Source: Coleofasciculus sp. B1-GNL1-01 (GTDB lineage: Bacteria > Cyanobacteriota > Cyanobacteriia > Cyanobacteriales > Coleofasciculaceae). From it: a DNA stretch of 64,000 bases. The translations under genes were made by a program, and so were the position numbers. The DNA lies in the NCBI GenBank assembly GCA_040220235.1, contig JAVJTO010000119.1; one strand, written 5' to 3'. Below, one piece after another: positions 61,765 to 64,000 of this stretch; position 1 is the first letter of the stretch; each line of letters begins with the position of its first letter. The notes beneath the pieces were generated by a model that saw nothing but the letters and a program-made list of their open reading frames with translations, had not been told where the DNA came from and ran no database searches.

Positions 61765-62739
61765 ATGGAGCAGCAGTCTATAGTGAGTTACAAAAAGTCA
61801 TCGGATGGAGTTGCATTAGAACCTCAAGCCGAAGCGACGCTATTCGATTTCCGTTGGTTTTTCCAGCTACCCCCTTTGTTAAAGGGTATGGGAGTGAGCA
61901 TCGCCGCCTGTAATACTGTGGTAATCTCATTAGGGCTTTATTCTCTGTTGAATGCTGTTCCATCCAACCCGGATCTTGACCGATTAGAACGGGCGAGGGC
62001 AGAATATGATGCGGGAAACTTTCAAAAGGCGATCGCACTAGCTAAATCGATTCCCCGTGAGAGTGCTTTATATGAGGATTCCAAGACTAGCCTGAAACGG
62101 TGGCGACGGGAATGGCATACCGCCGCTGCTCAATACCAAGCCGCTGAACAAGCGTTGAAGGAAAAACGATGGCGGGATGTGTTAGAAGAAGCTCGTAAGA
62201 TGGATGGTGTCCCCTTTTGGCGGCGTAAGGTTGAATCCTTGGTGGAACAAGCCAAACCTGAATTAGAAGCCGAAGCGCAACAATTACTGAATCAAGTTTA
62301 CGCTAAAGCCCAAGAAAAAGATTTTACTGGCGCTTTGAACTTGCTCAACCAAATTCCCCCAGAGACAACAACGGCGGCTAAAATTCAACCGAAGTTAGTT
62401 GAATATGAAGAAAAACAACGCATTAAAGCTGAGTATCTTTTACAACGAGCCTATAACCAAGCCGCCAAACGAGACTTTAAGAGCGCGTTGAACTATCTTT
62501 CCCAAATTCCGCCAGGTACATCCACCTACGATACGGCTCAAATTAAGATGGCTGAATATTCGCAAAAGCAGCATTTTAAGGAAGAAGTCGAGAGAACAAT
62601 TCAACAGGCGAGGAGGGAGTCAGAGGAGCAAGAGGAATCGTCTGAACCTTTTTCTACAGAACCGTTTATCTCTACCGAAACGGATGAAAAAAAATTAGAA
62701 CTTAATCCCGGGAATCAACTGCAAGAGGTTACCCATTAA
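61765..62739 (+). CDS. membrane-anchored helical-repeat hypothetical protein
   Basis: One TM helix; three AI..A..IP..S/T..Y helical repeats. Confidence 0.75.
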   Translation: MEQQSIVSYKKSSDGVALEPQAEATLFDFRWFFQLPPLLKGMGVSIAACNTVVISLGLYSLLNAVPSNPDLDRLERARAEYDAGNFQKAIALAKSIPRESALYEDSKTSLKRWRREWHTAAAQYQAAEQALKEKRWRDVLEEARKMDGVPFWRRKVESLVEQAKPELEAEAQQLLNQVYAKAQEKDFTGALNLLNQIPPETTTAAKIQPKLVEYEEKQRIKAEYLLQRAYNQAAKRDFKSALNYLSQIPPGTSTYDTAQIKMAEYSQKQHFKEEVERTIQQARRESEEQEESSEPFSTEPFISTETDEKKLELNPGNQLQEVTH

Positions 62740-62917
62740 GTTCGTCATTTGTCATGGCTCTCTGGGAGTTATAGTGATAAGGAAAAGTTATTGAATTTGG
62801 TCAAAGGCTTGCTGGATAAGGCTTTGCCTGTTCCCTGTTCTCTGCCCGTGAGTTCCCTAAAAACTAGGGTTTTCACCACAAGTACCGAAGAGCCACAAAT
62901 CCAAATCCTTACTCACC

Positions 62918-63496
62918 TCAACCACCCGCATTCATCACCCTCTCACAGGTCAAATCCAAATCCGGCAACAGCGGCGAAACAATCCGCTCATTCCCCTGAA
63001 AAACCCGCTCCTCATACAACCCTTCAACCCACTCCAACACCGTCACCCGCCCTTCAATCGGGTCAACAATCCAATACTCAGCAATCCCCCGCGCCGCATA
63101 CTCAGACCGCTTATAACGATAATCTCGGTCAATGCCTTTCTTCCCCGGAGACACCACCTCAACCACCAACTCAGGCGGCGGCATATCAAGCGTTACCGTA
63201 GACCGACTCGCCCCTTCTAACGCCGTCGCCAGTTCCTCAGACAACACCATCAAATCCGGTAAGCGCGTCGTCGCCCGCGAACCACTCACCACCATTTCCG
63301 TCCCAACTCTCAAGCGATAAGCAGGAATTCCCTGCTGTGACAAATAGATGAGTAAGAATATAGCAATGCGCTGATTTAAATCGCTCTCTGGCGGCATAAC
63401 AACCAACTCCCCATTCACCAACTCATAGCGGGTATCCGTCCCATCGTCATAGTTAAGATACTCCTCAAGCGTCATTTTTGGGGATGCGATCGTCAT
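62918..63496 (-). CDS. Uma2 family endonuclease
   Basis: [39 protein letters not shown]. Confidence 0.93.
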   Translation of the reverse strand: MTIASPKMTLEEYLNYDDGTDTRYELVNGELVVMPPESDLNQRIAIFLLIYLSQQGIPAYRLRVGTEMVVSGSRATTRLPDLMVLSEELATALEGASRSTVTLDMPPPELVVEVVSPGKKGIDRDYRYKRSEYAARGIAEYWIVDPIEGRVTVLEWVEGLYEERVFQGNERIVSPLLPDLDLTCERVMNAGG

Positions 63497-63861
63497 AACT
63501 GCCCTACCTCCTACAATTCTAATTCTTGTTCCCCCCTTATGAAGCTATGCATTAGTCACATCTTTCTTAACAATCCACAAGTCTTATGGTGTCTGGGTTG
63601 GGGAGCAATACTTAATATAGCTTAAAAAATAAATAGGGCTGTATCCAACCATCGGGCTTGGGGCGTTGTTTTTTGTGCAAAGGGTTCACAGTGATCGGGA
63701 GATTCTGGTAGAAGTTTGTCACTCACCACACTCAATCTTGGTATCGTAGAGCTGCTTGCTGCTTTGATCATACTGTTTTTCCAGTCAGAGTGCGATCGCG
63801 TGCCAGAGTGTGATCGCACCCAAACAGTCCCCAATCACGTACTAGAGCGCTAGTCCATTAA

Positions 63862-64000
63862 CTGAATTTCACACATCATCCAGCAACCCAAGGCATGGGT
63901 TACTTGGATAATGCCAAATCTTATGGCTTAAAAGTTCACTCAGTATTCTGTACGACTGGTAATGGCGTGCCTCTGGGTGTATTACATCAACAAGTCTGGG
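63862..64000 (+). pseudogene. IS4-family (Tn5/IS50-like) transposase fragment, 5'-truncated, runs off window end
   Basis: LNFTHHPATQGMGYL...GLKVHSV...GVPLGVLHQQVW; in-frame TAA immediately upstream, DTT motif missing. Confidence 0.75.

Noticed and set aside
62749..63201. 150-aa Pro/Gln-rich ORF
   Set aside because: Antisense shadow of the Uma2 gene
63622..63834. 70-aa minus-strand ORF
   Set aside because: No recognisable family or RBS; possibly mobile-element debris

Overview
64 kb of a filamentous cyanobacterial chromosome. Frequent HIP1 GCGATCGC sites, heptamer/nonamer tandem repeats, GTAG-type REP palindromes, and XisI, Uma2 and CHAT genes suggest an Oscillatoriales-type genome (inference). 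Core genes are urtABCDE with a class II NtcA promoter, tRNA-Tyr and tRNA-Thr, UPF0182, pyrD, glmU, gntK, a transaldolase-family gene and a CoA-disulfide reductase/rhodanese. The most interesting accessory elements are: (1) an AT-rich island at tRNA-Thr in which a 165-aa helical ORF joins an nSTAND-TM-WD40(+PDZ) ORF through a textbook -1 frameshift signal (A_AAA_AAG, stop, 6-nt spacer, stem-loop), next to an integron-integrase relic; (2) a three-gene operon of sigma-like factor, DUF1822 and CHAT protease-TM-periplasmic binding protein, which looks like a transmembrane protease-controlled sigma switch; (3) a TrcR-like RHH repressor divergent from an HNH nuclease and alr0857-family operon, whose ~345-nt leader folds into a large nested structure; (4) UrtD fused to a TerB-like domain; (5) two secreted LRR paralogs whose variation is concentrated on the binding face. 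There are also several relics (TnpB, HisKA, BrnT, XisI, IS4) and MITEs. All family calls come from motif recognition by eye; no database search was run.
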